64,000 nucleotides of DNA. Source: Cyanophyceae cyanobacterium (GTDB taxonomy: Bacteria; Cyanobacteriota; Cyanobacteriia; Cyanobacteriales; Laspinemataceae). Below the pieces are notes generated by a model that was not told the DNA's origin, ran no database searches, and saw only the letters and a list, made by a program, of their open reading frames with translations. The stretch's first letter is position 1; each line of letters starts with the position of its first letter. The position numbers and the translations under genes are program-made. This document shows positions 8,690 to 17,029 of the stretch, piece by piece. The stretch spans positions 1 through 64,000 of the forward strand of contig JBBQFN010000015.1 of NCBI GenBank assembly GCA_038321985.1. The letters run 5' to 3'.

Positions 8690-11600
8690 TCAATCTATTG
8701 TAACCCGGAAGCGGATAAACCCGTATTCACCCACCCCCAGATTACCAATATCCACCACCACCGCACCTCTAATATTGGGACGACAAATCAGAGGAGTTGC
8801 GGTTCCCGAAGGATAAAACCGGCCTCGGTTACTGGCACTATTCGCACTTCTGAGATACGCCGTCGGTAAATCTAGGTTCGGAGGATTTAAGCCCAAAGCA
8901 ATCCCCACCTCAGACCCAAACGATCCTTCTGTCGGAGTTTGACCATTAAAGGTATCCGTCCGAAAGGTTTGAAAATCTTGCAAGGGGTCGCACACCATTG
9001 CATTCTCCAACGGTCCACTCCCGGCAGAGAGGAAATAGATTGTATATTCCACTTCATCTCCCGGCTGGATCGTATTGGAAGCGGTCACGCCCCGCACAAA
9101 GTTAGTAGGCCAATCAGGGAGATTCTCACTCTGACCTACAACCGCGCCATTAATCCGAGTAATCCGCTTTTCTAACTCCAGATTGGGATTACCCCGTAGG
9201 GTGACGGAGGTGACTTCATTAATATCGGTCGGGTCTCCCGTGTTATTTGCATCAGGATTCGCGCCATTGGTGGAAAAATCACTCACTGGATTACCCCCAG
9301 GACCCGTACCCGAGGCGGTTACCTGATTATTAAAAGGACCGAGATTGTTCCCTGGGGTAACCCGTACCTGGAAACTAATCGTAGCCTGCGTATCCACCGC
9401 TAAAGTATTGCCGGTTGCCAGGAGATTGGTATCGGTAGTGCCATTAAAGTTAGGATTAACCGTGAGAGTAGGACTGGTGAGAGAATTGGGTTCGAGAGTA
9501 TAGGGGATATTCGCAAAAGTATCATTGAGATTTTCCGTCACCTGGAGCGTATTTAGGGGGACATCACCGTAATTTTCGACAACTAGGGTATAGGGAATTG
9601 TAAAGGTGCGATCGCCATTATCCGTGGGCGTTCCCGCTGCCTTTGCCACGCCAATCAGCGGCATCTCCGCGAACGTAACAGCAGTTGGGGTGATGTTATT
9701 CGTGGGGTTACCATCACCATCGGGGTCTGGATTTGTCCCGTCAGTGGAGGTGTCGGTCACTGGAGTGCCTCCAGGAGCCGTTGCCGAGGCCGTAGCACTG
9801 TTATTATAAGGACCTAGATTATTACCTGGAGTCACCGTCACCTGGAACTGAATCGTTGCAGATGCTCCCACTGCCAGGGAATCAGTCCCCGCCAGTAAGC
9901 TCGTATTGGTATTCCCATTAAAACTAGAATTGACGGCCAGAGTATTACTCGTCAAGGAATTGGCCGCCACCGTAAACGGACTCCCCCCAAAAGTAGTATT
10001 CAAGTTTTCCTCCACTTGAATAGTGGTAATCGGCACATCCCCATAATTCCGTACCGTCAGGGTATAGGGAACGGTATAAGTCCCATTTCCATTATTCGTA
10101 ATTGTTCCGGCCTGTTTTGCCACCCCAACCCGAGGAGTTTCAGGGAACGTAACCGCAGTTGGGTTCGTGTCATCCGTGGGGTTGCCATTGCCATTGGAGT
10201 CCGGGTTCAGATTCGGGTCATTGGTGGATTCATCACTCACGGGTGTACCCACGGGAGAGGTTCCAGTTGCGGTGGCGGTATTATTATAAGGACCCAATTG
10301 CGCACCCGGAGTCACGCGAATGGTAAAAGCGATATCGATACTTTGTCCCACAGGTAAGGTTTCGGTTCCTGACAATAAATTTTTATTCCCATTCCCGTTA
10401 AAGTCAGGGTTAACCCCGGTCAAAGTCCCCGCAACAATTTGCGGTGCAGCAACAATTTGCGGTGCAGCAACCGCACTGGCAAAGGTACTCTCAGCCGTAC
10501 CAAACAAATCTTCCGTAACTTGCAAGTTAAGAATATCCAGGTTACCAAAGTTTTGGACTCGAATTGTATAGGAAGCATCATAAGTACCGTCCCCATTGTT
10601 AACCACAGTGTTCAATTGCTTCGCGACCCCTAGCAGGGGATTTCCGGGGGTTAAGGGTACGGTTACTGTAGCCGTTTCTGTGCGATTATTATCATTGTTT
10701 CCATCATTATCATCATTCACTGGATCGGCCACATCATTCGGTCGAGTAACAACGGCCTGATTCACAATGTCCTGTGTTGCAGTAGGGATAATCGTCCCAG
10801 TCAGGGTATATTGTGCACTAGCCCCTACATTCAGTGCTAATCGGGCATTGGACAAATTCCCCGTGCCGTTTTCATCAATGCAAGTTCCCTCTGTATCGGG
10901 CGTCGTAATTGCACAGGTCCAACTCAGGTTGGTTACGGTTTCGCCATTGGCAGTAAAGATATCTAAGACGGTAGCAGGGGACTCGGTAGTAATATTACTG
11001 GGACCGGCATTGGTGACAGTAATCGTATAAGTAATATTTCCCCCAGCGATCGCTGGGTCTGGGGTCCGAGTTTTGGTGATTTTTAAGTCAGCTTGAGCGA
11101 TGACGATCCTTTGTTCGAGGTCAAAGGGAAGAGAGGGGAAAAAGACCCAAGTATCGATCCCCCGGTTATCCCCCCATCCTGTAAATCCACTCCCCCCAAA
11201 GTTATGAGTTCCATTTGAACTATCAACCCCCGATAAGGCAGTCAAGGGGTCGGGTTGAATAGCCGTGTTTTCCGGAAACCCCGAGTCGTCATAATACACT
11301 AGAAAGGGGTCAGAATTTGGGTTGTCTGCAGGAAAACCGGGAGGTTGATTTAAGCGTTCTACAATCAGTCCGTTTGGGTTTTGCTCTACATCAAAAAATG
11401 GAAAGTGTACTTCCCCTCCAAAAAACTGAATTTGTGCGCCGTAACCCACCTCACTCACCTGGACAGGTACTCCATTGCTATCCCTTCCATCCCATTGCAC
11501 CGTATTGGTCCCCGGAACAACTCGACCTTGTAATATGACATCATTATTATCTCCATATACCCCATTGCCACTTACATCAATGGTCAGTCGATAGGTTCCT

Positions 11601-12679
11601 GCTCCATTTGCATCAAACTGAAATGTTCCCCCCAGGGGATTTGTCCCCGCTTGACCGGGGGTTCCTTCCTGACCAATAAAAGTAAAATTTGAGGGAGTCG
11701 GTGGAGGAGCCGGTTGGTTTCTCAACCATGTAGAGCCTCCAGAAACAGGAGGGGCTAGAACATTTGAATTGGGGAAATCAGTTAATCTGGGTTGATTAAA
11801 AAAAATCTTGTGAGTTACGTTATCATTCGCCGGAAGAGCAGGGCTTTCAAAGAAGATGGGCAGACCACCGAGTCCAACCGATTGAAAGATAGGATTCCCG
11901 TTAGGAGCATCTAAAAATCCATTTTTATTGGCGAAAAAGATAAACCCAGCGGGTCTTTGACCATTGAGGTTGACCCGATACATATAACCATCCTCAGTCA
12001 GGATAAATGCCTCAGAACTAAGGGGACTAATTTCGGAAAAATTCGCCGGAAAACTCGCATTCATTGCTAGATAGTTGGCAAAAGCCCGACCGGGAAGTCC
12101 CGTACCCCCTGCATTCCGGACTGTTACATCCCAAGCGGTCACAAAGTTATTATTATTGCCTTGAGCAGGCCAATTCGCTGTCGCGGCGATAGAAACAGGG
12201 TTGTTCGTATCGGCTGAATTCGGGCTAATAAATTCTATTTCCCAAATCCCTTCTTGACCAGCCCCAACCGTAACGATACAGGGCGTATAACCCCCGGCAT
12301 TCGGAGCCGGTCCAGCTAACTCTTGAGCGCGGCTTTGAATCCGTCCAAAATTCGGTGCCACACCAAGACTCTTGCAATTTCCACTGGCTCCATTGGGGGC
12401 TCGATAAAGAATATTACCATTATTAACCCATATGGCACTAGAACCCAGATTAATAGTTTCCCCCACTTTGGCGTACACTTTAATCACCGTTCTCCGGGCG
12501 ATACCACTGGTACTGTCCGCGTCATTTCGATATTCTAAAAAAGGACGAAATCCTGTGTTATTGGTCAATTCTCGACTGCCTTCAGAACGAGCAAGGGGTG
12601 CAGCGAATAGGCTCAAGATGACGGGCAAAATCAACAGGAGTCCTTGAGGCCATTTCCCGGCTAATTTTAACGGTTTCAT
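8690..12679 (-). CDS. Large secreted DUF11/TIGR01451-repeat protein (candidate tip adhesin)
   Basis: Start MKPLKL at 12679 with ATGA overlap to the upstream stop; signal peptide ending ARS-EGS; FlgD-Ig-like WDGRD segment; ADLKITKT..PGxxITYTITVTNAGP DUF11 domain; three GVAK..YxxxVxNxG..GPY/FNN repeats; terminal LELEK..PGDEVEYTI..FIRFRVTID domain. Confidence 0.85.
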   Translation of the reverse strand: MKPLKLAGKWPQGLLLILPVILSLFAAPLARSEGSRELTNNTGFRPFLEYRNDADSTSGIARRTVIKVYAKVGETINLGSSAIWVNNGNILYRAPNGASGNCKSLGVAPNFGRIQSRAQELAGPAPNAGGYTPCIVTVGAGQEGIWEIEFISPNSADTNNPVSIAATANWPAQGNNNNFVTAWDVTVRNAGGTGLPGRAFANYLAMNASFPANFSEISPLSSEAFILTEDGYMYRVNLNGQRPAGFIFFANKNGFLDAPNGNPIFQSVGLGGLPIFFESPALPANDNVTHKIFFNQPRLTDFPNSNVLAPPVSGGSTWLRNQPAPPPTPSNFTFIGQEGTPGQAGTNPLGGTFQFDANGAGTYRLTIDVSGNGVYGDNNDVILQGRVVPGTNTVQWDGRDSNGVPVQVSEVGYGAQIQFFGGEVHFPFFDVEQNPNGLIVERLNQPPGFPADNPNSDPFLVYYDDSGFPENTAIQPDPLTALSGVDSSNGTHNFGGSGFTGWGDNRGIDTWVFFPSLPFDLEQRIVIAQADLKITKTRTPDPAIAGGNITYTITVTNAGPSNITTESPATVLDIFTANGETVTNLSWTCAITTPDTEGTCIDENGTGNLSNARLALNVGASAQYTLTGTIIPTATQDIVNQAVVTRPNDVADPVNDDNDGNNDNNRTETATVTVPLTPGNPLLGVAKQLNTVVNNGDGTYDASYTIRVQNFGNLDILNLQVTEDLFGTAESTFASAVAAPQIVAAPQIVAGTLTGVNPDFNGNGNKNLLSGTETLPVGQSIDIAFTIRVTPGAQLGPYNNTATATGTSPVGTPVSDESTNDPNLNPDSNGNGNPTDDTNPTAVTFPETPRVGVAKQAGTITNNGNGTYTVPYTLTVRNYGDVPITTIQVEENLNTTFGGSPFTVAANSLTSNTLAVNSSFNGNTNTSLLAGTDSLAVGASATIQFQVTVTPGNNLGPYNNSATASATAPGGTPVTDTSTDGTNPDPDGDGNPTNNITPTAVTFAEMPLIGVAKAAGTPTDNGDRTFTIPYTLVVENYGDVPLNTLQVTENLNDTFANIPYTLEPNSLTSPTLTVNPNFNGTTDTNLLATGNTLAVDTQATISFQVRVTPGNNLGPFNNQVTASGTGPGGNPVSDFSTNGANPDANNTGDPTDINEVTSVTLRGNPNLELEKRITRINGAVVGQSENLPDWPTNFVRGVTASNTIQPGDEVEYTIYFLSAGSGPLENAMVCDPLQDFQTFRTDTFNGQTPTEGSFGSEVGIALGLNPPNLDLPTAYLRSANSASNRGRFYPSGTATPLICRPNIRGAVVVDIGNLGVGEYGFIRFRVTID

Positions 12680-15600
12680 TCTGCACCTCCGGTTTCCTGA
12701 ATGGGCGTTTCTACTGCTGATGCGGCGGGGGGAATGACTTGACCGAATCCGGGCCAGAGTTCGTTTAATTTGACGGTTAATCCGAAGTAGGGACCGGAGG
12801 CGGACCGATCGCCATTGAAGTCGCGATCGCTGACTTTGCCGAAGACGTATCCTAACCCTAATCTCAAATCTGGGGTTAAATAATATCCCACCTCTGCCAC
12901 TACTCCCCATTCATCATAATTCGCATTCGTTTGATGTATCCATCGCCCTTCGCCCATCACATCCCAGCGATACCCGAATCGATAGGTTGCTCTTAACTGA
13001 TTTAAGGACACTAAACTTGTTCCAGCTAAATCATCAGCGAGGTATGAGGTACTTTGCCTTAGTGCCGTTTTTCCATAAAATTCCCATCGCCAACTCGGGG
13101 CATAAATGGTCTCCAAAGCAAAGGTATGGTCTCGCGATCGCGTCCCGGAATCAAATAATATACTATCCGGTATCAACGCCGGATTTTGGCGAAAATCATA
13201 CCGCAATAAGGCATTAAATTTATCACTGTTAGGATTGCGATAGGCTAACCCCATTCGCAAGTTCACTGTATCCCCCATTTCATCAAACAACTGATTCGAG
13301 GAGGATGCCTGTTGATATCGCGTTAATACAGATAGGGATTCGTTGATTTTCCCTGTGGCAGCAGCGGAAATAACTGTGTTGTTGCCACTACTGGAAAACC
13401 GATGTTCATATCTTGCACTGGCCGCAAAATCAGGATTTCCGGTATAGTCAAAACCTACACTATAACTGTCTCCGCTTCTAATTCCCAATGCTGCGGAACT
13501 CTGTCCTGGTGCGTAGGGTTGGGCAAATTGACTGCCGGATCCGGTTCGGCTGAAGAGGGAACCAAAGACGTGCTCATAACCAAAATTCAGTCTGAATCCT
13601 GGGAAGACTGTCCACCCATGTTGTAGTCCTAATGCCGCCCCCATTGTTTGACCGTTAATAAAGGAATAGCGCCCGGTGACGATGGTATCTTCGGTGACGT
13701 TATAATCGCCGTTGAGGTTGAGGCTAGTGATGGAATTATCCTCATATTGCCCCCCGGTAAACCAAACCTGGTTTAGTTCTAAGGTAACCCCGGGAACTAA
13801 TCGCCAATCTACCCCTAAGATGGTGCGATCGGGATAGACTACATCATCTTCTTTTAAAAGGTTTAATTCGTTTTGCGCCCGGACGGTAATTGTATCGGTA
13901 ATCGGCATGGAGAAGCGCGATCGCAGTTGGGAAGAGGTGGCATCTAAGGGACTGGTTGCTATCTCATCTTTACGGTTTCTCCACACCCAATCTAATCCCA
14001 AGGTTGCCCGCTTGATTGTCTGTTGCAATCCGGCAGAAATGGTGGTTAACGAGTTATTGAGTCCTAGCCCTGGGATAGCTTCTCGTCTCGGGGTTAAAAA
14101 ATCATCTAATATACTAATTGGACGAGGAGAATTTCCAAAGTTTTTCTCGTGGTCATAGGCAAACTGTAACAGGGTCGTATTGGTTAAACGACTATTTAAT
14201 AACGCCCCATATCGAGTCTGTCCCGGGACAAAACTCACCGTGGCATCGTTGGCGAATCCTTCATCGGTAGTCCGATAATACAAGCGACTGGAAAAGGGTC
14301 CGCCAATGGCGTTTAATTCAAATCGGTACGCCTCTCCCGTGACGACGCCTAAAAGTTCGGAATCATTGCTGGAATGGGCATATTCAGCAATCAATTGGCC
14401 GCTGAGTGGAGTTCTGAAATTCGGGACTTCGCCTTCTGGATAGTCATTCACCTCCTGGGGAGCAGATTTGCCAAAAGTGAGCATGAAATCGGCCCCGTAG
14501 AGTTCAAAATCTCGAATGCCTTGATTTTGGCGAAGGTAGGTCGCCCCCAACCATCCGGGGGTATTATAATCTCGGGAAAAGTTATAGCGGGCTCGTCCCC
14601 CCCAAAGGTTTGTATTTCCATCTAAATCTTCATGTTGATAGGTGGCAACGATGCGTCTAGCAACGACGGTTTCTACTCCATTGACGGTGACAACATCGGT
14701 TCTTAAGAGAGGACGACGGAATAAGATGGAACCGCGATCATAGTCGATTTCATAATCAGACCCTCGGTTGAGTTGTTGTTGTCGCACGATGTTGCCAGGA
14801 CGTCCAAGTTCTTCCAGTTCTAAGAACAAGTTTTCACTGCCTGGGATAATTAATCGTTGGGATAAAAAGTAATATCCACTGGTTCCATCGGGGGCGATCG
14901 CATCTCGTTGGAATCCTTGAACGTCGTTGGCAAATAAGGCGCTGACTTGCAATCTCCCAAAATTATAATTTCCTTTAAATCCCTGTAGGGCGCGTGTTAA
15001 TGCTGTGAATTGTTGAGACTCGTTTGCAAATTCTTGAGTCCCATAATTTCCCCACATAAAATAGTCGAGTCCGGCATTTTCTTCTGCTGAGGACCGTTCA
15101 AATCTGAGGAACACACTATCACTGGATGATGCAGTCGCCTCAACGGTTGACGCATCTCCATATAAGGGATAATTTTGTTCGGTAAATTGAGTATCAGAAA
15201 ATAACCGTTGTCCGTTGCCGTTACAATCACAATTGAGGGCGCGATCGCTGTTATAAGCCCCGGTAAATAACCATCCCCCTAACTCCCCGGTGGCAAAGGC
15301 TGCACCTGTAACATCTAATTTAAATTCGTTATTTTCATCCGGAGGTAAAAAGTCGCGCAATCGTCCCCAATAATCCAATCCTCGCCGTCCAAATCGCAGG
15401 TTAATCCCCCCAGTCACTAAGCTGGGACGGAGGTAAGTATCAAACTGCATCTGAGTAAACGCTTCTAGCAGTCGCCCTGCAATGGTTTCGGTATCAGTGA
15501 CGGCACGAATTCTCACAGTCTGTGCATCTAAGGGCGACTGCAATTGAGCGGTAAATTCCCCGGCAATCACTGGCACTTGAAATCCAGCGCGATCGGTGCT

Positions 15601-17025
15601 CTTGTCTTCCCCGATAAATTCTCCGGCACTGGCACTTAAGGTAATTTCTGTCTCTCGTTCTACTAATTTGCCGTTCTCATCCAGTAACCGTCCTTGGATA
15701 TTAACGATAGATCGTCCATCTGCCGGAAGTCGATTTTCTACAGTTTCTATCTCAATCTGTGCCGCACCTCCTTGGACAAATAAGGCGATCGCCGATTGAA
15801 CAACCGTTGAGTTTGCTACTCGCAGGGCAACTTCATTCTGCCCTGGTTTTAAGGGAATCCCGTACCAAGTTTGAGTGACTATCCCTGTATTACTATCCCG
15901 TTCGGTCTGCCCGACGGATTCCGGGGATACCAGATTCCCGTTAACTAGCAGTTCGATTTCGGTCCCTTCGGGAAACTGCACGATTACCGAGGTTGCCGGA
16001 ACATTCAGCACTTCCCCCGGAGTTGGAGAGAGAATCCTGATTTTTGTCTCCAATTGTGCGATCGCTTCTGAGGCAGTTCCCATATTTTCGGGAGTCTCTC
16101 TTGCCGCTTCTGCTATAATTATAATGGGGGAAAGGGGGTTGTGTGCCTGCGCTTCAGAATTTTGCTGTTTTTCTCCCGGCTCTAGATTTATTCCTAAATT
16201 AGATGTTACCTGAACGTTGTTTGTTGCTACGTTTGTAAATCTATTTACAATATTGGCGATTCCCGTCACCTCAGTATTTACAACCCATAGGGCCGATTTA
16301 ATTAAATCGCTACGGTTATAATTAATTGTACCTACAAAGGAGGGGACATCAACCGAGGTTAAGTGGAGGAAATTGCCTCCTTGAATGGCTACACTTGTAG
16401 TAACGTTTGTCATTACATCACTAAGCAGGCGATCAGGGCAAAAATCGCTACCCTTACACAATTTTTGGTCCGTCTTAGCCAAGGTAGCAATGTTCGTCTC
16501 TTCAAAAGTAGCTACACTACTAGAATATTTATTTGCTTCAACTAATGACGGGACAGCCATTTCAGGCAAATTTAAAAATTTTCCTACCTTTTGCAGAAAA
16601 ATATTATATTGCAAATGCTCTGTTGACAATACTATCCGAGGTTCATGATCCGATAAGGTAATTTCCTCGGGATCGGAAGTTGCTGGAATTTCTGGCAAGT
16701 TTTCTAGATCATCAGCCGATCGCAGATTCTCGGTTGACAATAATTTATGAACTTCGCTGGACTCGGGATTGGCGATCGCACCCAATCCGGTAAAAGTTAT
16801 CCCAATTTCCGATAACTTTTCATCACTGTTATTAAATTGCAGATTCTCTGTTAACAACAATATGCGAGGTTGCTCTACGGAGGAGGCAATTTCCGACCTT
16901 TGCTCAAAAGTTACCTCAATTGGGGACAACTGAGCGAATCCCGGTAACGGGAAAAGAAAGGCGGCAACAGGTAAAAGCAGGGAACCATTAAACGTTAAAT
17001 TGGAAATTTTAGATTGAAAGTGCAT
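12676..17025 (-). CDS. Large predicted outer-membrane beta-barrel protein with periplasmic Ig-like (invasin/Big-like) domains
   Basis: Signal peptide (LPGFA-Q); LPADGRSIVNIQGRLLDENG Big-like motif; YPLYGDAS and GTSGYYFLS motifs; ~800 aa of alternating amphipathic beta strands ending GPYFGLTVKL. Confidence 0.8.
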   Translation of the reverse strand: MHFQSKISNLTFNGSLLLPVAAFLFPLPGFAQLSPIEVTFEQRSEIASSVEQPRILLLTENLQFNNSDEKLSEIGITFTGLGAIANPESSEVHKLLSTENLRSADDLENLPEIPATSDPEEITLSDHEPRIVLSTEHLQYNIFLQKVGKFLNLPEMAVPSLVEANKYSSSVATFEETNIATLAKTDQKLCKGSDFCPDRLLSDVMTNVTTSVAIQGGNFLHLTSVDVPSFVGTINYNRSDLIKSALWVVNTEVTGIANIVNRFTNVATNNVQVTSNLGINLEPGEKQQNSEAQAHNPLSPIIIIAEAARETPENMGTASEAIAQLETKIRILSPTPGEVLNVPATSVIVQFPEGTEIELLVNGNLVSPESVGQTERDSNTGIVTQTWYGIPLKPGQNEVALRVANSTVVQSAIALFVQGGAAQIEIETVENRLPADGRSIVNIQGRLLDENGKLVERETEITLSASAGEFIGEDKSTDRAGFQVPVIAGEFTAQLQSPLDAQTVRIRAVTDTETIAGRLLEAFTQMQFDTYLRPSLVTGGINLRFGRRGLDYWGRLRDFLPPDENNEFKLDVTGAAFATGELGGWLFTGAYNSDRALNCDCNGNGQRLFSDTQFTEQNYPLYGDASTVEATASSSDSVFLRFERSSAEENAGLDYFMWGNYGTQEFANESQQFTALTRALQGFKGNYNFGRLQVSALFANDVQGFQRDAIAPDGTSGYYFLSQRLIIPGSENLFLELEELGRPGNIVRQQQLNRGSDYEIDYDRGSILFRRPLLRTDVVTVNGVETVVARRIVATYQHEDLDGNTNLWGGRARYNFSRDYNTPGWLGATYLRQNQGIRDFELYGADFMLTFGKSAPQEVNDYPEGEVPNFRTPLSGQLIAEYAHSSNDSELLGVVTGEAYRFELNAIGGPFSSRLYYRTTDEGFANDATVSFVPGQTRYGALLNSRLTNTTLLQFAYDHEKNFGNSPRPISILDDFLTPRREAIPGLGLNNSLTTISAGLQQTIKRATLGLDWVWRNRKDEIATSPLDATSSQLRSRFSMPITDTITVRAQNELNLLKEDDVVYPDRTILGVDWRLVPGVTLELNQVWFTGGQYEDNSITSLNLNGDYNVTEDTIVTGRYSFINGQTMGAALGLQHGWTVFPGFRLNFGYEHVFGSLFSRTGSGSQFAQPYAPGQSSAALGIRSGDSYSVGFDYTGNPDFAASARYEHRFSSSGNNTVISAAATGKINESLSVLTRYQQASSSNQLFDEMGDTVNLRMGLAYRNPNSDKFNALLRYDFRQNPALIPDSILFDSGTRSRDHTFALETIYAPSWRWEFYGKTALRQSTSYLADDLAGTSLVSLNQLRATYRFGYRWDVMGEGRWIHQTNANYDEWGVVAEVGYYLTPDLRLGLGYVFGKVSDRDFNGDRSASGPYFGLTVKLNELWPGFGQVIPPAASAVETPIQETGGAE

Positions 17026-17029
17026 TAAA

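Noticed and set aside
12680..12910. 77-aa Arg-rich N-terminal extension of the 1406-aa ORF
   Set aside because: Overlaps the barrel gene; the ATG at 12679 has a GGAGG RBS, translational coupling and a signal peptide
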